Shown here piece by piece: positions 18,161 to 28,725 of a stretch of 64,000 nt of DNA. Source of the stretch: Myxococcota bacterium (GTDB lineage Bacteria; Myxococcota_A; Polyangia; Nannocystales; Nannocystaceae); the NCBI GenBank assembly GCA_039194325.1, contig JBCCWC010000004.1:160001-224000 (forward strand). Direction: 5' to 3'. How positions within the stretch are numbered: the first letter of the stretch is position 1; each line of letters begins with the position of its first letter. The notes beneath the pieces were generated by a model. The model did no database searches. It worked only from the letters and a program-made list of their open reading frames with translations, and was not told the DNA's origin. A program made the position numbers and the translations under genes.

Positions 18161-19759
18161 CTAATAGTAGCCCTCTGCGTCGCGGGCCACCCAGCGCTGG
18201 CGAGCGCTGCGGGGAGGCAGCGCCCGACCGTCGAGCACGGCGAGCCAGGCGGGGTAGACCCAGGCGGGATCTCGAGCCACCGCCTGCACACAGGCCCGCA
18301 CGGTGGGGCTGTTACGCGGAAGCAACAGCTGGGGGGGAGTTTCGGCGGTACGCTGCGGCGCCCCCCGGCCCTCACAAAGGTGCACCTCGGACACCACCCG
18401 ATAGCCCCCCAAGGCGTGGGTGCGCAGCATGTGCAAGAAGTGACGCTCTTCGGTCCCGAGCCGGTCCTCGGGCAGGGGCGCCCGACGCAAGGGGTGGCGC
18501 AGTAGATCGATCGCTCGGGCCCCGCGGCGCAGCATGCCGTAGACCACCCGCCGCCAGGCCGCGAGCAGGCCGTGGGATCCGTCTCGTAGCTCGGGGGGCC
18601 GAAAACGCAGGTTGTAGATCTCCGAGAGCAGCGAGCGCTCGGTCGGGTCGGCGATCAGCACCAGGCCATCGCCCAAGGCGTACCGATCGGGACGCTGCCC
18701 GGGGTAGAGCGCCAGCAGCACCCGCTCGGGCGTTCCTTGCAGCACGCTCTTGCGCAGGGTCATCATGTCGACGTTGCGCTCGCCGGTGCCGTCGACCACC
18801 CGAAACACGGGGACCTTGGACATGGTGGGCATCAGCGAGCGACGGCGCATGGCCTGGAGCACCAGCCGAGCGAGGCGCTGACGGGAGGGCTCGGGGTAGG
18901 CGCTCACGTCGCGCGCCACGTGAAGCAGCGAGCCGACGGCCTGCTCGACCAGCGCTTCGACGTGGGGCTGCACGGCCTCGCGGAGGCGGGCCGCGCTCAG
19001 CTCGGTGTTGACCGGATCGCCCAGCTCGACGGCGGCCTCGAAGCAAGGGGCGTCGGGGACCGCCACGTGGCCGGTGACCAGCCCGTGCTCGAGCAGCCAG
19101 GCATGCGCGGTCTCCCCCTCGAAGGGGATCGCGACCCGTCCGCGCAGCGGCTCGCGCAGCGGCTGGGGCCCAAAGGTGTTCACGAAGCCCACGTTGACCG
19201 CCTTGCCGTCGACCACCACGGGCGCGGGGGCAAAGCGCGCGGCCCCGCTGAGCCACTCGACCACCTTGCGGCGCTCGAGCTCGGAGTGCTGCACCACCAC
19301 CACGGTCGAGTCGCTCTCGGGGGTGGCGTCGATGGTGATCCACGGGGTGCGCCCGCTCTGGTAGGCCAGGCACACCACCCGTCCACCGCGGGCGGAGCGG
19401 ATCTGGAGGGTGCGAGGCTGGAAGCCGGCCAGCATCAGCAACGCGAGCTCGCCGGTGGCCTCGAGCGCGGTCAGGGCCGCGTGTCGCTCTTCGTTGGTCC
19501 GGCGCTCGTCCAGCAATACGCCCGTCCACTCGAGGTGGGTCTCGGGCACGCCACGTCCGTTGTCGCGAACCTCGGCCCGGTGCCGCCCCAGATCCACCTC
19601 GACCCGGGTCGCCCCGTCGCGCAGGGCTCGACGAACCAGCTCGGAGGGCAGCTGCCACGGCCCCTCCAGCTGAGCCAACGACAGCTTGCGCAGCTCGGAG
19701 GCCACGTCGATGGTCAGCAAGCCGCTGACGTCGATGAGCGAGGAGATCTCCGAGTTCAC
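18161..19759 (-). CDS. Hsp90/GHKL-like protein with degenerate ATP-binding site
   Basis: 'ELVRRALRDGAT..VRDNGRGV': the G1 box is kept, the N-box Asn is lost and the G2 box is absent. 4-bp overlap with the upstream GHKL gene. Confidence 0.7.
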   Translation of the reverse strand: MNSEISSLIDVSGLLTIDVASELRKLSLAQLEGPWQLPSELVRRALRDGATRVEVDLGRHRAEVRDNGRGVPETHLEWTGVLLDERRTNEERHAALTALEATGELALLMLAGFQPRTLQIRSARGGRVVCLAYQSGRTPWITIDATPESDSTVVVVQHSELERRKVVEWLSGAARFAPAPVVVDGKAVNVGFVNTFGPQPLREPLRGRVAIPFEGETAHAWLLEHGLVTGHVAVPDAPCFEAAVELGDPVNTELSAARLREAVQPHVEALVEQAVGSLLHVARDVSAYPEPSRQRLARLVLQAMRRRSLMPTMSKVPVFRVVDGTGERNVDMMTLRKSVLQGTPERVLLALYPGQRPDRYALGDGLVLIADPTERSLLSEIYNLRFRPPELRDGSHGLLAAWRRVVYGMLRRGARAIDLLRHPLRRAPLPEDRLGTEERHFLHMLRTHALGGYRVVSEVHLCEGRGAPQRTAETPPQLLLPRNSPTVRACVQAVARDPAWVYPAWLAVLDGRALPPRSARQRWVARDAEGYY

Positions 19760-22700
19760 GACTGCGGCCCCACGGGGAAGGACTCGAGCAGGGCCGCCCG
19801 AGCCCCCTCGGACAGCAGCGCGGCGCGGCGATCTTCGGGCAGGTCGAGGTGGTCGGTGACCCGGTCGAGCACGGTGAACACCACCGCGCGGGGCGTTTGC
19901 TCGTGGTGGGCCTCGGCCTCGACCAGCCAGGGGCAGCTCGCATCCACGACGACCACCCGCGAGCCATGGAGCCCGGGGATCCGGGTACGGAGCCCGTCGA
20001 GATCGAGGGCGGCGATCTGACCGCTGACCCGGGAGACCACGCGCAGCGACCAGCGCTCGCGACGCTTACGCAGCATGTGGTTGAGCTCGTCGACCAGCGG
20101 GGTCGTCCACGAGCCACGTAGCCGCTCGTCCCAGGTGTCCAGGTCGATGGCCCCGAGTGCATCGGCGACCGTCTTGCCCTCGGGGCTCTGGGTGTCGAGC
20201 ACGGCGGCTCCGGCTCGCGCGGCCCGCCGGGCCAGGCCCGAGCCTTCGTGAGTTCGGTAGAGTCGCCCCTTGGCGGCCAGCTCCCGCGCTCGGTGCAGGG
20301 AGATCGCCCGATCCTCTACCAGGGGTACGAGTGGCCGATACAGCAGCGCCGACATGGCGCCGAAGGCTCCTGGCTGCTGGAGCACCCCCTGGAGCAGTCG
20401 CGAGAGATCGGCGCTGTCGTCGAGCTTGAAGTGCCGGCGGGTCCGGCCCCCGACGAGCGAGGCGATCGCGGCCAGCAGCAGCGACAGCGACAGCAGCGGC
20501 CACAACCACGCGGGCCAGCGATCCTCGGGCGGCGCAGCCGCCGAAGCGGCGGTGGAGGCGGGGATCGTCGCGTCGCCCTTCGATGTCGCCGACTCCTTCG
20601 ACACGGACGCGGGGGTCGGCGACGAGGACGCCGATTCCACGGGGGTCGAGGGCCCCGCCATGGGCTCGACCGCGGGGACGTCGTCCGAAGGGCCCTCGGC
20701 GGTCGGCACCGGCCCGGGCCGACCGGGCGCGACCGCGACCCGCTCGGATGGCGAGGATGGCGAGGACGGCGAGGCGGCGGATGACCGGACCCGCTCGCTG
20801 GCGTCGGCGATGTGCCACTGGCCCCGCTCGTCGCGGTACTCGACCCACGCGTGCAGCCAGGGGAGGGCCTTGCCGTCGACCCCGAGGTACCCGACCGCTA
20901 GTCGGGCCGGGACATCGGAGGCCTGCAAGAGGGCCACCAGCAGGCCGTTCTGGACGTCGCAATCGCCCTTGCCCAGCGCGAGGGTCCGCTGGATGAACCC
21001 TGTCCCTCGGGCCTGCTCTTCGGCGTGAAGGCGGGCCATCACCTCGGAGCGGTCGTAGGCCACGTTGTCCTTCACGAAGGCCAGCAGGTCGCCCACCTTG
21101 TCGTTGACCGAGAGCGGCGACAGACCGTGGGTCAGCGCTTGGAGGTCGCGGGACAGGCCCGGCACCACCCGGACCAAGGGGGCGGCCGTGGGATCGACGG
21201 ACGGCGTGGTCTGGTAGCGCAGCAGGCCCTCGGTGCCTCGCCCCAGGTCGACGGCCGGGTGCCCGGCATCGGTCACGTGCAGAGCGAAGGTCTGTTCGTC
21301 GAGGAACACGCTGCCGCGCACGATGCGATGCCCGGTCGGCACGGGGAGGCGGACCGTTCCCTTGCCGCGGATCGGCAGCGAGACGTCGAAGCACTCCCGC
21401 TCGCACGTGGCGCCGACGTACATCCCGGCCACGCGCACGCGGGCCGAGTGGTTGGGCGCCCCGTCGTCGAGCAGCTCCGGGAAGGTCAGGGCCGCGAAGT
21501 GTAGGCGGTCGTGGCTGGGCGAGTATCGCAGCCGCACCGACTCGACCGCCCCCGGAGCGAGCACGTCGACCCGGGGCCCGCGATAGCGACGGCCGAGATC
21601 CTCATAGATGCGATCGGAGGACGAGCCCGGCGTGACCCCGGTCACCGCGACCGAGCTCGACGATGATGCCGGATCGGAGTCGTCGGCGCCTCCGCTCCCC
21701 CACAGCCACAGCGACAGCAGCACCGCCGCCACCGCTCCGACCGCCGAGCCGGCCACCGTACGCCAGGCCAGCGAGTCACGCAGCCGGGTCCGCAGCTGCT
21801 CGATCGGCCGTCGATACCAGGCCACGGGTCGGGCGAACGACAGCTGCCGCTCTACGAGGCGCTCGAGCTCCCGCTGGGCCAGCTTGACCAGCCGAGCCAG
21901 CGCCCGCCCGTCGCGGGCGTCGGAGCGCGACAGCATCACCTCGAGGGCATTGCTCTCGAGCAGCGCGACCGGGGCCAGCCCGGCCGGCAGCTCGGGAAAC
22001 TGCACCCGAATGCGCGCGGTGTGCCGCCCCGCCGGCGCGACCAGATCTTCGAGGCACGCCGCGGAGCGCACCCGAAGGCCCCGACAAAACAGCTCGACCC
22101 GCGGCGCCCGTCCCAGCCCCACCACGCCGCGGACCGAGCGGCGACGAAACGAGGCGCTCGGAGCTTCGAGCCCGAACTCCGCGTTGGCCGATCGCCCGTT
22201 GATGGTGACGGGCAGGGGTTGGTCGACCGCGTCACGCCGATGGAGGTAGCGAGCGCTTTGCCACACAGCATCGTAGATGCGGTGCTCGAGCCGCCCGTCG
22301 CCCTTGGGCTTTTCCAGCACGATCTCCGTGCCTGGCCGCGTGGGCGGCTCGAGGTGCTCGGCCCGCTCGAGCGCGCCATCCAGGCGAATCGTCCAGGGTT
22401 CCCCGTTGCGGGGATACGATCGGATGATGATGGCCTGGGGATCGAAGCGAAGGATCGACCAAAACCCCACCCCGAACTTGCCCGCCTGGTTCTTGCGATC
22501 CTCTTTGCTGGAGGCATAGAGCGCGAACAGATAGCGACGGGCATGCTCGAAGGTCATACCTTCGCCGTCGTCGTAGCAGGCGACCCACTCGACCGTACCT
22601 TCAGGCCGCTCCGACTCGCCTACGGTGAAGGTCACCCTGTTGGCGCCGGCATCGCGCGAGTTCTGCAGCAGCTCGCGTACGAAGATCCACGGGTCTGGCC

Positions 22701-22794
22701 CGTAGCGATCGGCTTCGAGCCGTGCTCGCTCACGAAACGCGCGGGACCTCTCGGCCGCGGCCTCACCCGGGCCATCGGTCACAGCGGCAAGCAT
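19756..22794 (-). CDS. GHKL (Hsp90-like) ATPase fused to TM - transglutaminase-like domain - TM
   Basis: N-box RELLQNSRDAGA, G1 DDGEGM, G2 GKFGVGF, G3 PGT. TGase triad GDCD / HAWVEY / IADAS. Two hydrophobic segments flank the TGase region. Start is uncertain (22782-22884). Confidence 0.85.
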   Translation of the reverse strand: MLAAVTDGPGEAAAERSRAFRERARLEADRYGPDPWIFVRELLQNSRDAGANRVTFTVGESERPEGTVEWVACYDDGEGMTFEHARRYLFALYASSKEDRKNQAGKFGVGFWSILRFDPQAIIIRSYPRNGEPWTIRLDGALERAEHLEPPTRPGTEIVLEKPKGDGRLEHRIYDAVWQSARYLHRRDAVDQPLPVTINGRSANAEFGLEAPSASFRRRSVRGVVGLGRAPRVELFCRGLRVRSAACLEDLVAPAGRHTARIRVQFPELPAGLAPVALLESNALEVMLSRSDARDGRALARLVKLAQRELERLVERQLSFARPVAWYRRPIEQLRTRLRDSLAWRTVAGSAVGAVAAVLLSLWLWGSGGADDSDPASSSSSVAVTGVTPGSSSDRIYEDLGRRYRGPRVDVLAPGAVESVRLRYSPSHDRLHFAALTFPELLDDGAPNHSARVRVAGMYVGATCERECFDVSLPIRGKGTVRLPVPTGHRIVRGSVFLDEQTFALHVTDAGHPAVDLGRGTEGLLRYQTTPSVDPTAAPLVRVVPGLSRDLQALTHGLSPLSVNDKVGDLLAFVKDNVAYDRSEVMARLHAEEQARGTGFIQRTLALGKGDCDVQNGLLVALLQASDVPARLAVGYLGVDGKALPWLHAWVEYRDERGQWHIADASERVRSSAASPSSPSSPSERVAVAPGRPGPVPTAEGPSDDVPAVEPMAGPSTPVESASSSPTPASVSKESATSKGDATIPASTAASAAAPPEDRWPAWLWPLLSLSLLLAAIASLVGGRTRRHFKLDDSADLSRLLQGVLQQPGAFGAMSALLYRPLVPLVEDRAISLHRARELAAKGRLYRTHEGSGLARRAARAGAAVLDTQSPEGKTVADALGAIDLDTWDERLRGSWTTPLVDELNHMLRKRRERWSLRVVSRVSGQIAALDLDGLRTRIPGLHGSRVVVVDASCPWLVEAEAHHEQTPRAVVFTVLDRVTDHLDLPEDRRAALLSEGARAALLESFPVGPQS

Positions 22795-22960
22795 AGCGCG
22801 CCCATCCCCACCGCCACCTGTCATCCCGGCCCTCGCACGTACGGTGGCCCCGCTGTGTTCCAATATACGGCCCCACACCGCCATTTAGTCTCGCTCGATT
22901 GGTCCGCGGCTTGCTCTGGATTTGGCCTCGCCGGTGGGAGCTCGTCTATGGTTGGGACTC

Positions 22961-23575
22961 ATGCCGCGGCTTTGCGCGCCATTGCTCCCCGTCATCTTTG
23001 GGACCATCTGTGCCATCTCGGCCTGCGGCGACGACAGCGTCCCCTCACCGGGCGACACGCCACCGCCTCCGGCCACGACGGGCTCCGCCAGCACCACGGG
23101 CGCCTCCGGCACCTCCAGCACCTCCACCGGGTCGGAGAGCACCGTTGGCAATACAATGTGCTACACGGCGCTCACCACCGGCACGGGAACCGCAGCCGAC
23201 ACGGGGACTACCACAGCCATCGCGGAATCCTCCTCAGGAGACCCAGGCCCATGCGGGGACGGGTATTGCGGGGCCAACTATGCTCCAGGCAGTCCCAAAC
23301 CGCTGCCCAACGATTTCGAGTGTAGCGATTGCGTCCCGACCGAGGCAATCGATCGTTGGTGTAACGGGCCGCGCACCTGCTGTGACGACAACGCTATCTG
23401 CGACCCGAACGACGGGATCTGCCGTCTACCCAGCCCGCCGGCGGGGACCGACACGGGCACCACGATGGCCACCGACTCCTCCGGCTCTAGTTCCAGCTCG
23501 GACTCGGGGACCAGCTCCAGCTCGGACTCGGGGACCAGCTCCAGCTCCGGCTCGGGCACTTCGGGCCCCAGCTAG
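22961..23575 (+). CDS. Cys-rich, Ser/Thr-rich lipoprotein
   Basis: Leader ending ISAC; CGDGYCG..CSDC..CC..C core; 24-bp SSSSDSGT repeats. Confidence 0.7.
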   Translation: MPRLCAPLLPVIFGTICAISACGDDSVPSPGDTPPPPATTGSASTTGASGTSSTSTGSESTVGNTMCYTALTTGTGTAADTGTTTAIAESSSGDPGPCGDGYCGANYAPGSPKPLPNDFECSDCVPTEAIDRWCNGPRTCCDDNAICDPNDGICRLPSPPAGTDTGTTMATDSSGSSSSSDSGTSSSSDSGTSSSSGSGTSGPS

Positions 23576-23632
23576 ACGGGCTCGAGCCAGACGAGGTGCG
23601 TGGACCAGGTCAGGTGTTCGACTACAGTTCGA

Positions 23633-25444
<1,812 letters not shown>

Positions 25445-25711
25445 TGGCGGCGGGGAGGATAGCAGGCGAGCGCGGCATGGCGAAGACACACTCGATAGGC
25501 GCTATTACGCTCAGAATACGGACAGCCAACGGTCTTGGCGCTCCATTGGCGCTCCACGTGCGACCCACGTGCGACCCACGTGTAGGGAAACACCCTACTC
25601 CAAAATGGGACAGCCACTCATGGCCACCTACGATGTACGACAAGGTTGATGACCTCTTCGTCTGAATTTCTTCTCAGCGTTCCATCGTCAACGTTGGGAG
25701 CGATCGCCACG

Positions 25712-25806
25712 ACGAGGCGAAACGGGACGAGGCGAGTCGAGGCGAATCGACGCGGGACGAAGTGAGTCGGAACGAGACGGAGCGAGTCAAAATGGGTCAA
25801 GTCGTG
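25712..25806. repeat. degenerate pentanucleotide array (about 19 x DCGRR)
   Basis: acgag gcgaa acggg acgag gcgag tcgag gcgaa tcgac gcggg acgaa gtgag tcgga acgag acgga gcgag..., strict 5-nt phase, non-coding. Confidence 0.75.
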
Positions 25807-26191
25807 GCTCGCGTTTTCTGAGGGTTCCCTGCACTACCCCCGCCATTAAGCGACTCACATACAATATGCTACCGACTACTCAAACACGCAGTGAAGGAGA
25901 CTCCCAATTGATTGAGTATGCTGGATTTCGCTCTGTACAGCAGGGCTTCATCCATTGTAGATCCGAGTCGAGTCACCAGGGAGGATCAGCAGGAGCAGAT
26001 CATTGCGCGATACTACTCGACGACTATTGTGAAGACTCAATGGTCAGGCCGAGGTCCATTGCCCCTATGAGGCACCTTGCCCCCATCGACTCATCGACCC
26101 ATCCGTGTCGACTAGCCATACGTGGGTGGATCTGCAAATATAAACTTACATAGGCTCTAGGTTTCACACACCAGCGCAGGATACTACTCCA

Positions 26192-27358
26192 ATGCCAGAA
26201 TCGTCAGGGATACCCTTACAGCCACTCGTCGGAAGCTCCGATCTCTACGCGGTGGCCATGCCCGTTCCCTTGCTCGATACCGGTGACATCCCCCAAAAGC
26301 GCAAGCGTCCTCGGAGCCAACAAAACCCGGCGGCAGAGTTCTTCAAACCACCGGCTCTTTACTGCCCGTTCTCGGCCAGCATCAATCCTCATACCGCTGA
26401 GGCCCATCGACGAACCGTGGCCTGGGGGCAGTCGCACGGACTGCTCAGCTCTGGCGTGATCGGCCAGCAGCAGGCCGACGAGCATCACACCGGATTGGTC
26501 GGTCGAACCTTTCCCCACACCTCGCACGAGCGGTTCCAGCTCCTGTGCGACTGGACGTGTTGGTTATTTTGGCACGACGACGTCTGTGACGAGACGACCC
26601 TGGGTCACCACCCCACCGGGCTGAGCCGACAGTTCGATCGGCTCTTCGGCATCCTCACCGACACGGCCCCCCCTCGCACCGACAACGCCTTCGACATGGC
26701 CCTGGTCGAGATGAGGGAGCGATTTCGGGCCCTGGCCCCCGATCAGGCTTGGTTCTATCGGTTCGTGACCAGCGTCCAGGATTACTTCCAGGGGTGTATC
26801 TGGGAGGCCCGTAATCGAGAATACCGCAAAGTCCCGAGCGTCGACGATTTCATCCCCTTGCGCCGCTGTGCGGGTGCAACTTGGATCTACTTGAACTTCG
26901 TGGAATTCGCGAACAATCAGGTCCTCCCCATCGAGATCCGCGAGAACCCGAACGTCAGGCGGTTGATGCAGATTACCTGCGACATCGCATGCTGGCACAA
27001 CGACCTCTACTCTCTGCCCAAAGAGCTACGCCAAGGCGACGTCCACAACCTGGTCACCGTGCTCCAGGCCGAGCTGCGCATTCCCCTCGAAGATGCCATC
27101 GAGAAGGCCGCTCAGTGGTGTGACGCCGAGGTCCGCGAGTTTCAGACCATCGTGGCCGAGTTCCCCCGGCTCGAGCCTTCGCTCGATTCCATCCTCCGGT
27201 CCTACGTGCTCAGCCTCGAGTCGGTGATGCGAGGCAACCTCGACTGGGCCCAAGAATCCAGCCGCTATAGGCCCCTGTCGCGATACGAGCTCGAGCAACG
27301 CAAGCTACCCGACGTCGTCATCGCTCAGGCCCGGCACCTCCCCGACATCGAGGGATGA
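26192..27358 (+). CDS. class I terpene synthase (bacterial sesquiterpene-cyclase type)
   Basis: DDxxD (HDDVCDE), Arg sensor (LRRCAG), NSE motif (NDLYSLPKE), WxxxxxRY (WAQESSRY). Confidence 0.93.
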   Translation: MPESSGIPLQPLVGSSDLYAVAMPVPLLDTGDIPQKRKRPRSQQNPAAEFFKPPALYCPFSASINPHTAEAHRRTVAWGQSHGLLSSGVIGQQQADEHHTGLVGRTFPHTSHERFQLLCDWTCWLFWHDDVCDETTLGHHPTGLSRQFDRLFGILTDTAPPRTDNAFDMALVEMRERFRALAPDQAWFYRFVTSVQDYFQGCIWEARNREYRKVPSVDDFIPLRRCAGATWIYLNFVEFANNQVLPIEIRENPNVRRLMQITCDIACWHNDLYSLPKELRQGDVHNLVTVLQAELRIPLEDAIEKAAQWCDAEVREFQTIVAEFPRLEPSLDSILRSYVLSLESVMRGNLDWAQESSRYRPLSRYELEQRKLPDVVIAQARHLPDIEG

Positions 27359-27393
27359 TCGGCCCATCGATGGTCGGGCACGAGCGCCACCGC

Positions 27394-27801
27394 TCATGCA
27401 AGCTTGTCGCTCTGCTCTTTGTCGTAGGCCAGGAGCCACTCATGGGCTTCTGCCTGAGTCGAGAAGTACTGGGAGACGTTCTTGTGCCTGTCACCCAGCA
27501 GTGACACGGCCGTCAGCACCAACTTGGCGATCATTCGCTGAGCGAAGCTCTGGCTGACGATCGCAATCGCGCGAGGGGGCAGACTTCCGAGCTTCTCGGC
27601 CGAGATCCTCCGCGACTCGGGCGAAGCGCCCTTGACGTCGCTCATGTCGACCTCGAGCAAGAAGTAGGGCTCGTCCTTGACGCGCTCCTCGATGGCGTCG
27701 AACACGGCGGTGGCCTCATCGGCCGTGAACTTGCCGTGGAGCCCAAGGTGGATGAAACGAGGCCCTAGTACCTCGAAATCGGTCGTTTGCGGGGCACCCA
27801 T
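27394..27801 (-). CDS. STAS/SEC14 (SpoIIAA-like) domain protein
   Basis: 'YFLLEVDMSDVKGASPESRR..AIAIV..F..R..FSTQAEAHEWL' pattern. Confidence 0.8.
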   Translation of the reverse strand: MGAPQTTDFEVLGPRFIHLGLHGKFTADEATAVFDAIEERVKDEPYFLLEVDMSDVKGASPESRRISAEKLGSLPPRAIAIVSQSFAQRMIAKLVLTAVSLLGDRHKNVSQYFSTQAEAHEWLLAYDKEQSDKLA

Positions 27802-28223
27802 TGCGCGATTCCGGACCTGGCGACCGAGGCTACCATAGAGCCCTGCCCGGAACCCTTTTCGCGGCGTTTCGCGGGCCCTTTGTGGGTGCTTGTGGGGCCC
27901 TCGCCGGAGCTCCTTGCCGGAGCTCTTGCCGGAGCCCTCTTTGGCGAAGGGTCTTGAGATCTCGACCGCCGGGGCCCGGAGCGTTCCGCGTGTCCCGGTA
28001 GGGAGAACAGCGTTCCCCTTCGAGCCTGCCGGGGCTCGCGACTCCCGCCCGTAGACCCCGGACCGGGGGTTCCCCCCAGCCGAGCGGCGGTCCTACGCCA
28101 CCCGAGCCGCGGGATGTCGCGGATCTTGTCGCGGATCTTGTCGCGGATCTTGGCGTGTTGCCGACACACATGGGCGAGGCTAAGGTTGGGCTCTCAAGGA
28201 CGGACGGGCTCCAAGGACCATCG

Positions 28224-28640
28224 ATGAGCAGCCAACGAGGTGAATACCACTTCATGCCCCCACACAAAGGACGGCTCAAGGTCATTGGCATGGTCGACGC
28301 CGAGCAGCTCTCGGGGGTCTGGGGAGCCGCGCTGGCCTCTGCCGAAGGCCTGCCGTTCTTCCTGCTAGAGGCCGACATCTCGGAGATGGACGGCCAGTCT
28401 CCCGATGCCCGTCGGGCCACCATCAAATACTTCCATTCCCTGCCCCCCTTTGCCATCGCGGTGGTCGCCAAGACCTTCGCGCAGCGAGCGATCGGCAAGC
28501 TGGTGATCAAGGCCAGCCGGCTCCTGGCGACCGACCAAGGCAACCTCGAGGCCTCGGACTTCTTCAAGAACTCGGAACAGGCCAACGAGTGGCTCGATAG
28601 CCAGGTCGACATGCTCAAGGCCAAGGCGGGGGTCGACTAG
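28224..28640 (+). CDS. STAS/SEC14 (SpoIIAA-like) domain protein, paralog of 27394-27801
   Basis: FFLLEADISEMDGQSPDARR..SLPPFAIAVV..FAQRAIGKLV..FKNSEQANEWL aligns with the divergent neighbour. Confidence 0.8.
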   Translation: MSSQRGEYHFMPPHKGRLKVIGMVDAEQLSGVWGAALASAEGLPFFLLEADISEMDGQSPDARRATIKYFHSLPPFAIAVVAKTFAQRAIGKLVIKASRLLATDQGNLEASDFFKNSEQANEWLDSQVDMLKAKAGVD

Positions 28641-28725
28641 AGGTCGATCCCCCGCGCTTCGCCCAAAAAGCCAGGGGGCTCGTGAACGCCCCCTACCAAA
28701 ACCGACACGGCCCAACAGGGCCAGG

